From Aplysia californica (Eukaryota): DNA of 64,000 bases. The notes beneath the pieces were generated by a model that was not told where the DNA came from, searched no databases, and saw only the letters and a list, made by a program, of their open reading frames with translations. Location of the stretch: the NCBI RefSeq assembly GCF_000002075.1, contig NW_004797691.1, positions 608,279 through 672,278 of the forward strand. Reading direction: 5' to 3'. The translations under genes and the position numbers were made by a program. Each line of letters starts with the position of its first letter. Within the stretch, counting starts at the first letter, position 1. Of this stretch, positions 50,501-62,500 are shown one piece after another.

Positions 50501-53500
50501 AGGGTTAGGTTATATATCTAGATCTAGATTCTAAGGGTAAGGTTAGGGGTTGGGTCAAGGTTAGGTCTTCTTTATTGTGTTTGTTGGGGTGTTCACTCGT
50601 TGCAGAGCAAGTCCTTCCGCCATGATTGACGGCCAGGCAAACATACTGTATAGCAGCAGGCTAGAACAAGTGTCAACAAGTAGCTTAACAAACTACAAAT
50701 GGCTTGAAGAAACGGCCACTTTCCTTTTCCCCCTTTTTTATATTTTTATGTCCACAATGTAGGCCTGAGCCTAGATCTAGAATAGATCTAGATCGATAGC
50801 CCTTATATAATATAATTCGAAGTGGCTATGCATACGGCTCCCGTACGTATAGCCTTATGGCTATGCGTACGACCCTCCCATACGCATAGCATCGAGGCTA
50901 TGTGTACAGCCCTCCACTTCACATAATAAGCTAGGCTTTGTTACACTTTGTAGGCAGCACATAAACTATCAAACCGGACACTATAAGTGGACAAACTGAA
51001 ACCCTGGAAGCGCGCAGGCCCTTTATAAAGGACATGAGCCGGGCTACCCGGGAAGCATGCAGGCCCTCTATATATACATTATAGGGATGACCTTCTTCGA
51101 TTGGGAAGCGCGGAGCTATAAAGGGCTAAAGACGCTGACCTTTTTTCAATGGAAAATTTCAGCATTCCTTAAATGTGGAAAATGACACAGTAAATTACAG
51201 GTCAAAGTTATAAATAGTGACCAATGATTTTGCAAGTTATCTTGACTTTGTATAGCAATGCCCACCGAGCGCGTTTTGTTCTGCTGATTTGTGGCCCCCG
51301 CAGCGGGGTGTTTCGTGGGACGCACTAACGCAAAGGTTGTTGTCTTCAACTCGCTCTCACGCCGCTTCTCGTGAATGGATATGAATGAAACTTGGCAGCC
51401 AATCAGAAAAGAGGTCAATCTAGTAGTTTGAAGTTTGACAACTTTGTACCCATCAAAGAAGTAGTCGAAAACGTTTGCGAAAGTGGTTGATGTGGTGCGC
51501 TTTGAAGATTTTTCGGAGCTATGATTTGTCAAACTGACTGATACGTTGTACACCATTTTTCTTTATTCCCTTAAAATTTCATGCTTCTGTATTTAGCGGT
51601 TTTCGCGTAATCTTTAAAAATGTGGGAGTAACTAAGGGAAAAAGCGGCATTGCCATATTTGCGCGTGCTGGGTGAACAACCGGCGGCTGGGAAATTTCCA
51701 CTGAGTGACGTCATCAGCCATCGGTCGCCTCGGGCGCTACAAACGAGGCCCCGCTTTTATGTGAACCGGAAAGGGGGGGAAGGATACTTGAAAACTAAAC
51801 GGGGGCTTTGATAACTTGCGTTTTTGTTGCATTTTAGTCACAATACATCAATAGATAGAGTCATTTTTATTTGCTTGATTGCATGACAGAAGAATAGAAA
51901 CAGAAAAGCAAACATCTTGAGAAGTGGTATGGCATTGTGTTTGCGTTATGAAAGCCTATTCCCCCCTCTTTGGAAAGCACACACTTGGACTCATCCTGTG
52001 TGCTCTGTTTGGGAAAGTGAGGCATCAAGATTGTTATTAAAGAGTATGGTACTTATTTAGTCCAGTCTGGGAAGATAGTCCCGTTTATACATTGTTATCG
52101 TTCACGCGTGCGTGCGTGAGTGTACGCGCGTGCATGTGTGTGTGTGTGTGCGTGAGAGAGAGGGAGAGAGAGAGAGAAGGGGAGGGGGTGTAAATATGTT
52201 ACATTTATTGTATGAGTTGTAGCCTACACATGCGAAATATTCCCATGACTTGTGAACTATATTATCTGAACGCATCTTAATCTACCTACCACACAATAGG
52301 ACACTGTCCAACAATGGATATACACAGAGACAATCTTATTTTCTATAACAAAGTATGCATGCTTTTACTAGTAGAGAACTGGATTTATTTGACTAATAAA
52401 TCCAGCTCTCTACTTACATTTTTAGACAAATTGATCCAGAGCATTGCTTGGCAAGGAGGAACCTTTTATGTTGCCAAGTTTCATTCAAATATCTGAAATA
52501 TCATGACTTTGGGAGAACATATGACTGATAATCTTTGTAAATCTGTAAAGAACGCCACTTTTTTACCTATTAATGTCTTTACAACTCAAAAAGAATGACA
52601 GATATTAAAAATCTGACAGCATGACTAGATTCTGCATTAAAAAATGTACTAGACTGCCAAGTTTCATTTACGTATTCCAAGAAATGGGCGAGCTATGACA
52701 AATATTCTCTCAAAACGCACCGAAAACCGCCACATTTTTACCTATAAACGTCTTCATAACTCAAAAAGTAGGATAGCTATGAAAAATCTGAAAGCTGCAC
52801 TAGAAAATGTACTTGGTTGCCAAGTTTCTTTTTAAAAATTTAAATACTCCAAGAAATGAGCGAGTTATGACGATTGTCTCAAAACTCACCAAAGAACGTC
52901 CCATATTTTGGGGTTTTTTCATTATATATATAAAAGTGTACCAAAAATTAATTGATTAAAAAATTTGTAACTTTTTTGTTTATTGATGGATTTCAAAAAT
53001 TCAAAAAGTTCCATGCTCTGTGAAGAAACGGCTACAAAATGCACCTGTTTGCAAACTCTTTCTGGCAAAAAAAGGTTTTTCGTGGTCATTGCTACTTTGT
53101 ATAGCAATGCCTACGGAGCGCGTTTTGTTCTGCCGATTTTTGGCCCCTGCACAGGGGTGTTTCGTGGGACGCACTAACGCAACGGTTGTTGTCTTCAACT
53201 CGCTCTCACGCCGCTTCTCGTGAATGGATATGAATGAAACTTGGCAGCCAATCAGAAAAGAGGTCAATCTAGTAGTATGCAGTTTGACAACTTTGTACCC
53301 ATCCAAGAAGTTGTCGAAAACGTTTGCGAAAGTGGTTGATGTGGTGCGCTTAGAAGATTTATCGGAGCCGTGATTTGTCAAACTGACTGATATGTTGTAC
53401 ACCATTTTTCTTTAAATTCCCTTACAATTTCATGCTTCTGTGTTTAGCGGTTTTGGCATAATCTTTAAAAATGTGGGAGCAACTAAGGGAAAAGCGGCAT

Positions 53501-56500
53501 TGCCATTTGCGCATGCTGGGTGAACGACCGGCGGCTGGGAAATTTCCACTGAGTGACGTCATCAGCCATCGGTCGCCTCGGGCGCTACGAACCAGGCTCC
53601 GCTTATATGTGAACCGGAAAGGGGGGGAAGGATACTTTAAGACTAAATGGGGGCCTTGATAACTTGCATTTGTGTTGCATTTTAGTCACAATACGATAGA
53701 GGTAGTCATTTTTATTTGCTTAATTGAACGTCTTTGCAAACACTTTCTGGCAAAAAAAGGTTTTTCGTGGTCATTGCTACTGTACTTTGTAGAGCGTCTC
53801 TTGGCCAAAGATCGTTTGTAACAAAATAGTTCACTCAGCCAAAAAGGTGTCCGCAGAAGTCCTCACTTTGGTTCAGATGACACTGCAGTCTTTGTTTTGA
53901 AGCTCTCTTTCGCTTCACCAAAAGAAGAATAGGAATAGCCCAGTTTGTTAGTTTCATTTTTATTATATATTTTCACACAAGTAGGGTAACTCTGATAGCA
54001 AAGTCCGCACTTTTTCGAAGAGGGCGCCATCGAATCCTCATGGACACTTCTTAAATTTTTAATTGGCTCAATTTTAGAGGAGTGAACTATCTTGTTATAC
54101 ACGATCTTTGTCTTGGCCAAGATATCGATCGATAAAATTACGCTGTCCGGCTGAGGGATTACCAAGGCCGTGAGTATACTTCTATCTAAATAAATCTAAG
54201 GGCCGTACGCATAGCCACAGGCTATATATAATTTCACTGTGTAAAACAGTCACCTTTCCAACACAGTTGCAGCCACTATTTTATGTACAATGAATGTCAG
54301 AGTCACACCAACCGATAAACTTGACTAAGAACTGACTCAAATCTCTCATCACCCAATGTTTTGTTAAAAAGTATTGGCCTCTGACATTGTGGATGAGCCG
54401 TCGTTATCCAATCACCTATTGCTGTTATTGTCAGGTAGTCCCTCCAACTGATCATGTTGTGTAGGCCCCTCCCACAGTTGACCAATAGGCTAGGTAACAA
54501 TAAATTTTCTGCTACTGATGAGGAAAGAGTATGATCCCTCATAAAACTAGATCTAGATCTAACTGAGCATTTGCCAAAAGGTGGGATACCTGGGTGTGAC
54601 AAATGAGGTCCAAAATCAACTTTATGTAATAATTCTTTAATCACCCATATTATATAGCCTAATGATTGCTCTTTCAGACTCAGTAACTGCCAAAGCTGTA
54701 TATGCAAGGGTCTTGGTGTAATTCTGACTTGAATGACGGAAATAGCAAAAAGTTCATTCATAACAATGATGACACAAATTTATGAATACTCGAAGTTCCT
54801 TTCTTCAGCTAGGCTGATGTTATATTTTGAGACATAGCAAATAACTTCCAAAACTACATAGAATTGACAATTTATAAAAATCTTTATTAATTTTTGATAA
54901 AATTACTTTTTTGTGTCATAATAGTTATGAACGAACAATAAGTGACCAAAATACTATCAATTATATCAAGTTTCATCGACTAGAATTGTCTAAAATAACA
55001 CTCAATTGACTAATTATAGTCAAGTGATAAATGAAAGACCATTAAACAGCTATTTTTAAGCGCAAACTGGTCTTAGGGCATATTATGCATAAATTTAAAG
55101 TTCGTTCATAACCATTATGACACACTGTTTCGTTCATAACTATTATGACAAATTTTACTTTTGGCCCCTAAAATTTACTTATATTGTTCTGTCTTTCACA
55201 TAAAACGTTTTTCATTTATGAGGCTTTCCTTAAAATGATAGATTCCTCTATGTAGGGAGAATTCAAAGTTTATATTTCCTGAAAAACCCTTAGAATACCT
55301 TTAAAATGGTTCGTTCATAACAATTATGACAAACTTCAATTTTGACCTAAAAATTTACTCATTTTGATCTGTCATTCATTTTTTAAAACTTTTATTAAAT
55401 GAAACTCTCCTCATAATATGTATCTCTGTACATGTTTTTAAAGTTTGTTAACACTGAAAAGCCCTCAAAATATATAAAATGGACTATAAATAGTTCGTTC
55501 ATAACCATTACTACAAAAGTATAATACTAATTAAAATCCACACCCATACACTTATGATAAAAATCAAAATATCAGAATGTATGCAAGGTCTATTCTGTCC
55601 TTTAGTTGGGTTAAAATTAAAAATACATCCCAAAACAACTGTAAATTACATGGAATTAGGTTTCGTTCATAACCGTTATGACACACTGTTTCGTTCATAA
55701 CTATTATGACAAATTTTACTTTGGGCCCAAAAAATTAACTTATTGTTCTGTCATTCACATAAAATTGTTTTAATTTATGAGACTCTCCTCAAAATAAGGT
55801 TATATGTTGGAAGAATTCAAAGTTTAATCACTGAAAAACCCTTAGAATACCTTTAATTGTTCGTTCATAACTATTATGACAAACTTCAGTTTTGACCTAA
55901 AAATTAATATTTTGACCTGTCATTTACTTTAAAATTTCATATTAAATGAAAGTTTCCTCATAATATGTATCTGTGTACATGTTTTTAATGTTTATCAACT
56001 CTGTAAAGCCCTCAGAGTACAATATGTAGTTCGTTCATAACCATTACTACAAAAGTAAAATACTAATTAAAATCCAGACCCATACACTTATCATAAAAAT
56101 CAAAATATCAGAATGTAAGCAAGGTCTGATACATCCTCAAGTTGGGTTAAAATTAAAAATACATCCCAAAACAACTGTAAATTACATGGAATAAGGTTTC
56201 GTTCATAACCATTATGACACACTGTCACGTTCATAACATGATGACAATCCATTATGACAAGCATATTTTTGCCTCTCCTTCGCTTCTCTTTTGAGTCATC
56301 AGCACGATACTCTTCCATGTTCATTCCACCATGTAAAAGGATGTTGTGAAACAGTGGGAAGTCCCTCACATGATATTTTGCAGAAATATCATAAAGTGTT
56401 TGTTCATAACATCATTATGACAAACCTGGATTATCTCAATCAAAGTCATATTTAAGCAAAACCATGCGATGGAGCGGAAAATTACCCTTCTGATGGATCA

Positions 56501-59500
56501 ATGTCAAACCAATGTTTAATACCGGTCATTTCCCGGGATGATATGTTTAACGATTTGGGTTTTCTAGACCTTGGAAAGTCTGATGATGTAATTATGACAC
56601 GAGTTATGAACGAACTTATAAATTTTACTCAGCAATAACATCATTAATATAAAAAAATAAAACCCTTTTAATGGACACACGCTGTTATGATGGTGTATAC
56701 AAACTATTTTCAATGTTTGAATGCACTACTGTTTGATAGTTTAAGATTAACAATATTCTGTATTTAACATACAATTACGAGTGCACTCAGGATGAGTAAA
56801 AAATGCCCTATTTTTAGTACTATTATCTTTCTATGTAGAGATATAAGATGCACACATCAATCTACTTGCTCATGCAGCTTGACCAACTTATTTCCTTGCC
56901 ATACGCATAAAGTTTTTAGAAGAAAACATATTTTACCATGAGTAGTGGTTGATTAAAAAAGTCCTCATGCAAACACCCCCACCTTTTGGCAAAAGCTCAA
57001 CTAGACCTGCCACTCATCCTGATTTAATTGGGATTATTTATATGAGTCAGATTTTTTTTCCCCCAAATCTGGTGTCTAGCATCTTGTCGATTTTCCCTAT
57101 TTCGATTGCGTATCCCGATTTTTTTGTTCCTTCTGTTGCCCTAGATTTTTCAGAAACCTACATTCTTTCTCTGTAGCAGGAAGCACCCGTTGAACTTTTT
57201 GTCTGCAGGAAACTCTGATTATTTTATTTTCCTAAAAATAAATATCTTTTGTTGGATCTTTGCTCGCACGTGTTATTTCCACAACAGTCGAACCTGCCTT
57301 TTTACGGAGACATGTGTAAGACGGAAACCTGTCTTAACGGAATCTCCCTGCTCCCCCTTGATATTTCTCTGTAATTACCTCTATGAGACTAAAACCTGTC
57401 CGACTCGGAAACGGAAAGAAAAAGCCGCTCCTTCCAAGGGTTTTACCTGTCTCAGATGGGAAAGAAATGCTTTGCCCGCTCAGCCCTGATTTAAAACAAA
57501 ACTCACAAGTTTGGTTCCACTTCCTCTAAACTTAACGTCATGCTGCCAGGCGAGGAAGGGGAGTAGGGGTGCACTTTGGGGGTAGATTAAGGACCTTACT
57601 TTATAGTTATAACCTCCTTGGGGTAGATGTTACCCCATCTCTTAGTGAGCCCTGAGCGATGCAATTGATCAGGGTGGTGTGGGTTTGAAATCTCATGAGT
57701 ACCAGTGAAAGTGGCCGAGTAGCGAGCCATCTCAGAATCTTTCCTGGATAGCCAGAAGCCAGAGGTGTGAGATTAGTTTGACCAATGCCTGCCTCCTTGA
57801 TCGTACAGCCAGCCGAGAAAAGAGTTCCTCGAATCGTTGTTGCATGGCAGTGAGGGATGGCATTGGTTGACTGCTATTACACCGATGGGTAGGACTAAAG
57901 GTAGAATCAAAGCATTCAAATGTTTACTGTTTTTAATAGATCAGATGGTGGTCCTATGTAACAATGCAAAAGCGCTGGTGGTAATTGGATAGTAAGACTG
58001 ACGCATGTCATTATCACAGAGACTAGCAGTTGAGAGGTGTGAAGTTTTGATCACTGCTTGCAGACCGGACAAGCGACCTTTGATACCACCGGCTGGGCCT
58101 TTGAAATCTCCCTCCTTCTCCTCCATAAATCCCCTAAGGCAGAATTTTTTTCGGGCTCCCTTGCAATCTGTCTTACACAGGTTCGACTATAGATAGATAT
58201 TATAAATAGGTTGTATTGATTTGATATTCCCCACTTACGACATTCTCAAGATCTAGATCTACTTTCGCTTTGTTACCACTCAGAGAAAATTCTCCAATGA
58301 TGGCCAGATAAAGTCTGCTACTGTAACATTAACAATTTGCTACATGATACAAATGATTGATATTATAATTCATAGTTCTCTCTCTCCCTCTCTCTCTCTC
58401 TCGTTTCAATGTAAATGCTCTTTTTTTTCCAGTTTCTAAAACAGTGGCAGTATTTTCACACCCTGATGCAAGCTTTTCAGCTACAGCCTACAAAGTACAA
58501 TGAAAAATTGGATGAAATGATCAGCTTTGTCGCACAGGTTAGTAAACTTTAAGACCTCTATTAATAGCCGTAGATGTATTTGTACCCATCAGCGTAGTGT
58601 GGTTATTTTTCTTAAATTTTAGGTCTTTTCGGAGATATACTGCTTGGGTCCTGCTCCTCAGTGCCATGTTTAAGGGCACATGAGAAGTACATGTATAGCC
58701 TTTAGATTTTAAGAAGGCGACCTTTTGATTTTAAGAAGATGACTACTTACGAAAAGAACAGGAAATATATCATGAATAACAACAAAATCCAAACATTTTC
58801 ACTTTTAAGGATGAGCTTGGCTCCACTTGTTTTCCTTTGCTCTGCTGTCATTTAAAAAAGTATAGTATATTTATAAATGCTGTTTTCAAAATTTTGCAGG
58901 AGAACCGAATGAATGTTATTACAAATATAAAACAAGATTTACTTTTTAAAAGATAATAAGTAAGTTATTATCAAAATTGTATTTTTTTTTAATATTGATT
59001 TCGGATGTTTGCGCAGTTTGTTTTCTTGGTAGTAACACAATATTGTTTTTTTGACTCTCCTGTAATATTATAAAAACTTATATTAACTGTATTTTTTAAA
59101 TGACGGCACAGCTTTACCACCTAGTTTCGAGCTAGTCGAATTTGACTATTTTTCAAGAGAGGCATTTATATGAGTGATATGGGCATGATTATGAATGGAA
59201 TGTGTGTGTATATAATGGGAGGGGGGGGGGGAGAGATAAAGGAGAGCATAAAAAAGAATAATTAATGATTAATACTTCAAATTTTTAATTTGCATATTCA
59301 AGTGGCTCAAAATGTTTATAAACTGTCATGGTACTACCATTTGTGCGATTTGATCAAGAATACAAAAGTTGTTAACAAACACTGTTGGAAATGAACTAAT
59401 ATGCCTTTAGACTGAAATTTAATGTGTACTTCAGGAAAATGATGTTATTAGTGCACTCCTTTTTTTTTGCATATTTGAGCATTACAAGTGTGATAGTTTT

Positions 59501-62500
59501 GGAAAATGCTTTCTAATGTCCTACTGAGATCAGATAAGATAGGTAAAATCATCAACACAAATTGAACAAGACGACTACAAAGAAATAAAGGAAAACAAGA
59601 CAAGCTAGACTTAAAAACCACCTTTGTCTCCTTGCAATTGTTTATTTGTGTACTTTTTCCTGTGCAGGTTAGTCACTGCTACAAAGAAGAAGTTGGTGAT
59701 CTGCCAGAGCAGCTGGGTGACATCCTAAGAAATCACAGCACAGTGCTAGACAGGACCATTAGAATGGTAAGCTGAAGGTATTCCATTAGAGGGGCTTTGT
59801 AAATGTTTTGAAAAGTGAAAAGTTTTCTATTATTAATTGTTTTGATTGATACAGAACTTTTTCTTTTAAACAGAATTTATTTGGAATTGATGGTGCTTGC
59901 TTTTCTTGAGGAAATGCTTAGTGGTTACTTTACATTGAGATTATGTCCTAGTGGAAGGAGTGGTGGGGGCTGTCTGACGTTTTAAATGATAAGCAAATAC
60001 AAACAGAAAGAAACAGTAAAATAAGGGAGGTTTTCATGGGAAATAAAGCTTTTGATTCCCCTGCCTTTGCTGTACTTCATAAACTGTAGAGGAACATGAA
60101 GTCACACATCTCATCAAACTGAATAGACCTTAAGACTAAGACATTTGTGCAGGTAGTTGTTATTTTCTGCAGTACCAGATGTGTGCAGTGATTCGGGGTT
60201 TTGATTTTTGTGATGACACTGTATCTCCTGGAGTAATGACGCTTCATGAGGTTATGACTCCATGATAAAACAATACATCAAAATAGAGACTGGGGAGCCG
60301 CGGCCCTGTTGTGGCAAGGAATAGGCTCCAATGAACGAACGCGGTGACAAGTGACCAAATCCTGCGTGCAAAAAATAATATGATCAAGTTGTAATCTCCA
60401 AAAATTCACTCTGTCTTCAGTATAACATTGTTGCCTTTCTGGTATTAAAAGAAACTTTCTGATCTTTGAAGAATTTGTAACAATTTAATTTTGGAATTTA
60501 TCTTTTACAGACACTGATCAAAGCGCTGATTATGCTGAGAAACAAAAACTTGATCTCAGCCACCCAAATTCTCCAGCTGTTCTTCAAGCTCCTCCGATGT
60601 GAAGACAAGCTGCTGAGGAAGACCATCTACCAGTACATAGTCTCAGACATAAAAAATATAAATGCTAAACACAAGAATGCCAAGTTGAACTCTGCCCTAC
60701 AAAATTACATGTTTTCCATGCTGCAAGAGAACAGTGCGATAACCGTGAAGACTGCCTTAGACATCATGACTGAACTCTACCGAAGAAATATCTGGAACGA
60801 CGCTAAAACTGTGAATGTGATCACTACTGCTTGCTTTTCAAAGATTACAAAAGTGATGGTTGCTGCTCTCAAGTTCTTCTTAGGTAATTGTCCTTTTTAA
60901 CGTATGAGGGGTGCTCTCGTGGCCTAGAGCTTAAGGTGTTCGCCTCTCATTCAAAGGTCCCGGGTTCGAATCCAGGTAGTGACCAAAAAATTTTCTTCTC
61001 TAAATTTGTCTCCTTTCACCTCCTTTCCTACTCTCTAGCAATGTTCTGTCGTCTGCTTTCGTCTCCTCTTTCTGCCCCCCACCCCTTAACCTCCTTTGCC
61101 CCCTCCTCTGGGCTCCTGACTCTTTCTGCAGCCTTTCTACTGCTACTCATTGGCTTCTTCTTACTGCTGTCTTTCAGCCACACCCCTGATCTTCTGGTAG
61201 GAAAGATCTACACCTAGCCTTCTCGGACAAGGACGAAAAATCTCGGAGGTCCCGTGTGCAAGTTGTGCACGTTAAAGATCCCTTGGTGGTCTAAAATCGA
61301 TAAGAGTAGGCTTCGGCCGCCACCCGCGCAAAATTCAAAATTTCCTACCAACTGAAAAAGTTTAGTGTGTCCCGCGCGCTCATATGACCTTATGCAGTTG
61401 CGAGCACAGTAAAACACTTACAAAAACAAACAAACAAACAAAACATTACCTTATGACATTGTTTTACTTATTCTTAACTTTTGAGGGTGGAAACAATGAA
61501 TTTCATGTTTTATAAATTTAAGTAAGTTTCAAAGTATGTCAAGTAAAGTAGACTACTAATTGATTTTGAATCCTCCTAACTTTCATTCCAGTATGCTTTA
61601 TTTTATTAGTCCAGGAGGTGGGGATATCAATGAGAGAACAATGAACTGCACATAGTATTTTGAAAGTTGCAAATAAATGCTTAAAATGAGCTTTTGAGTA
61701 CCTCTGTTGTCTTGTCTTTCCTCATGGTTAACGACTTTGTCCTGGTGGGCCAGTTTGTGTGCTCTTAAATGATTATAAATGTCTCAAGTAATGAACATCG
61801 AGTTCTGTCATACTTTGTGGGCTGGTTTTTGTTTGTACTTTACATGTGTGATAATCCTTTTTTTTTTCAGCTGATCTATTTGTATATATTGTGTTAAGCT
61901 TTTTGCTTCTTTTTTTTTTTTTTCTTACTCTAAATGTGTTTTCATGATTTTTGAAAGTTGGGAGAAAAAATGGTGCATAGGTCTGTCTCAAACTACTTTG
62001 CTTCCAGGGCAATTGTCGTCAGTTCATTAATGGATGCATGGATTCATGAAAGTATATCTTTTAACGGGAGGAGCTACCCTTGAGGACCATTTTCTATGTT
62101 TGTTGCCCGAGATCAAATCTAAGTACACATATAAGTTAGACATAGTAAAATCTCTTGATACGCAATTTTATTTTGGCATAGCTACAACGGTTGCTATGGA
62201 AATGGTCGCCATCTTGAAAATAAACAGTGAATTTGAAATCCCTAAGGCTTTCTTATTTACAGACCAAATTTGACCAAATTTGGGGAGAGTATATCTGAAC
62301 CAAACCCTATCAGAGTAACAGCAAGTTTTTTTCAATACGTGCAAAAGAAAAAAATTATGAGAATTTTCCCAAAGTATAAAAAAAAACTTGTTCTAAATAC
62401 GTAATCGCTTGCCAAAGGAAAAATGTTACTTTTTTCGCAAATATCTTTCTGTTACATTGATGGCAGCCTTGCCAACTATGTTTCCTGAAAGTTTCATGTC

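Noticed and set aside
51146-53405. Twin ~135-aa minus-strand ORFs suggesting paralogous genes
   Set aside because: They arise from a recent DNA duplication inside a repeat, have no recognisable domain and diverge where the duplication ends.
54303-54761. 152-aa minus-strand ORF
   Set aside because: No recognisable motifs, and it spans a TAGATC run; not supportable as a gene without a homology search.
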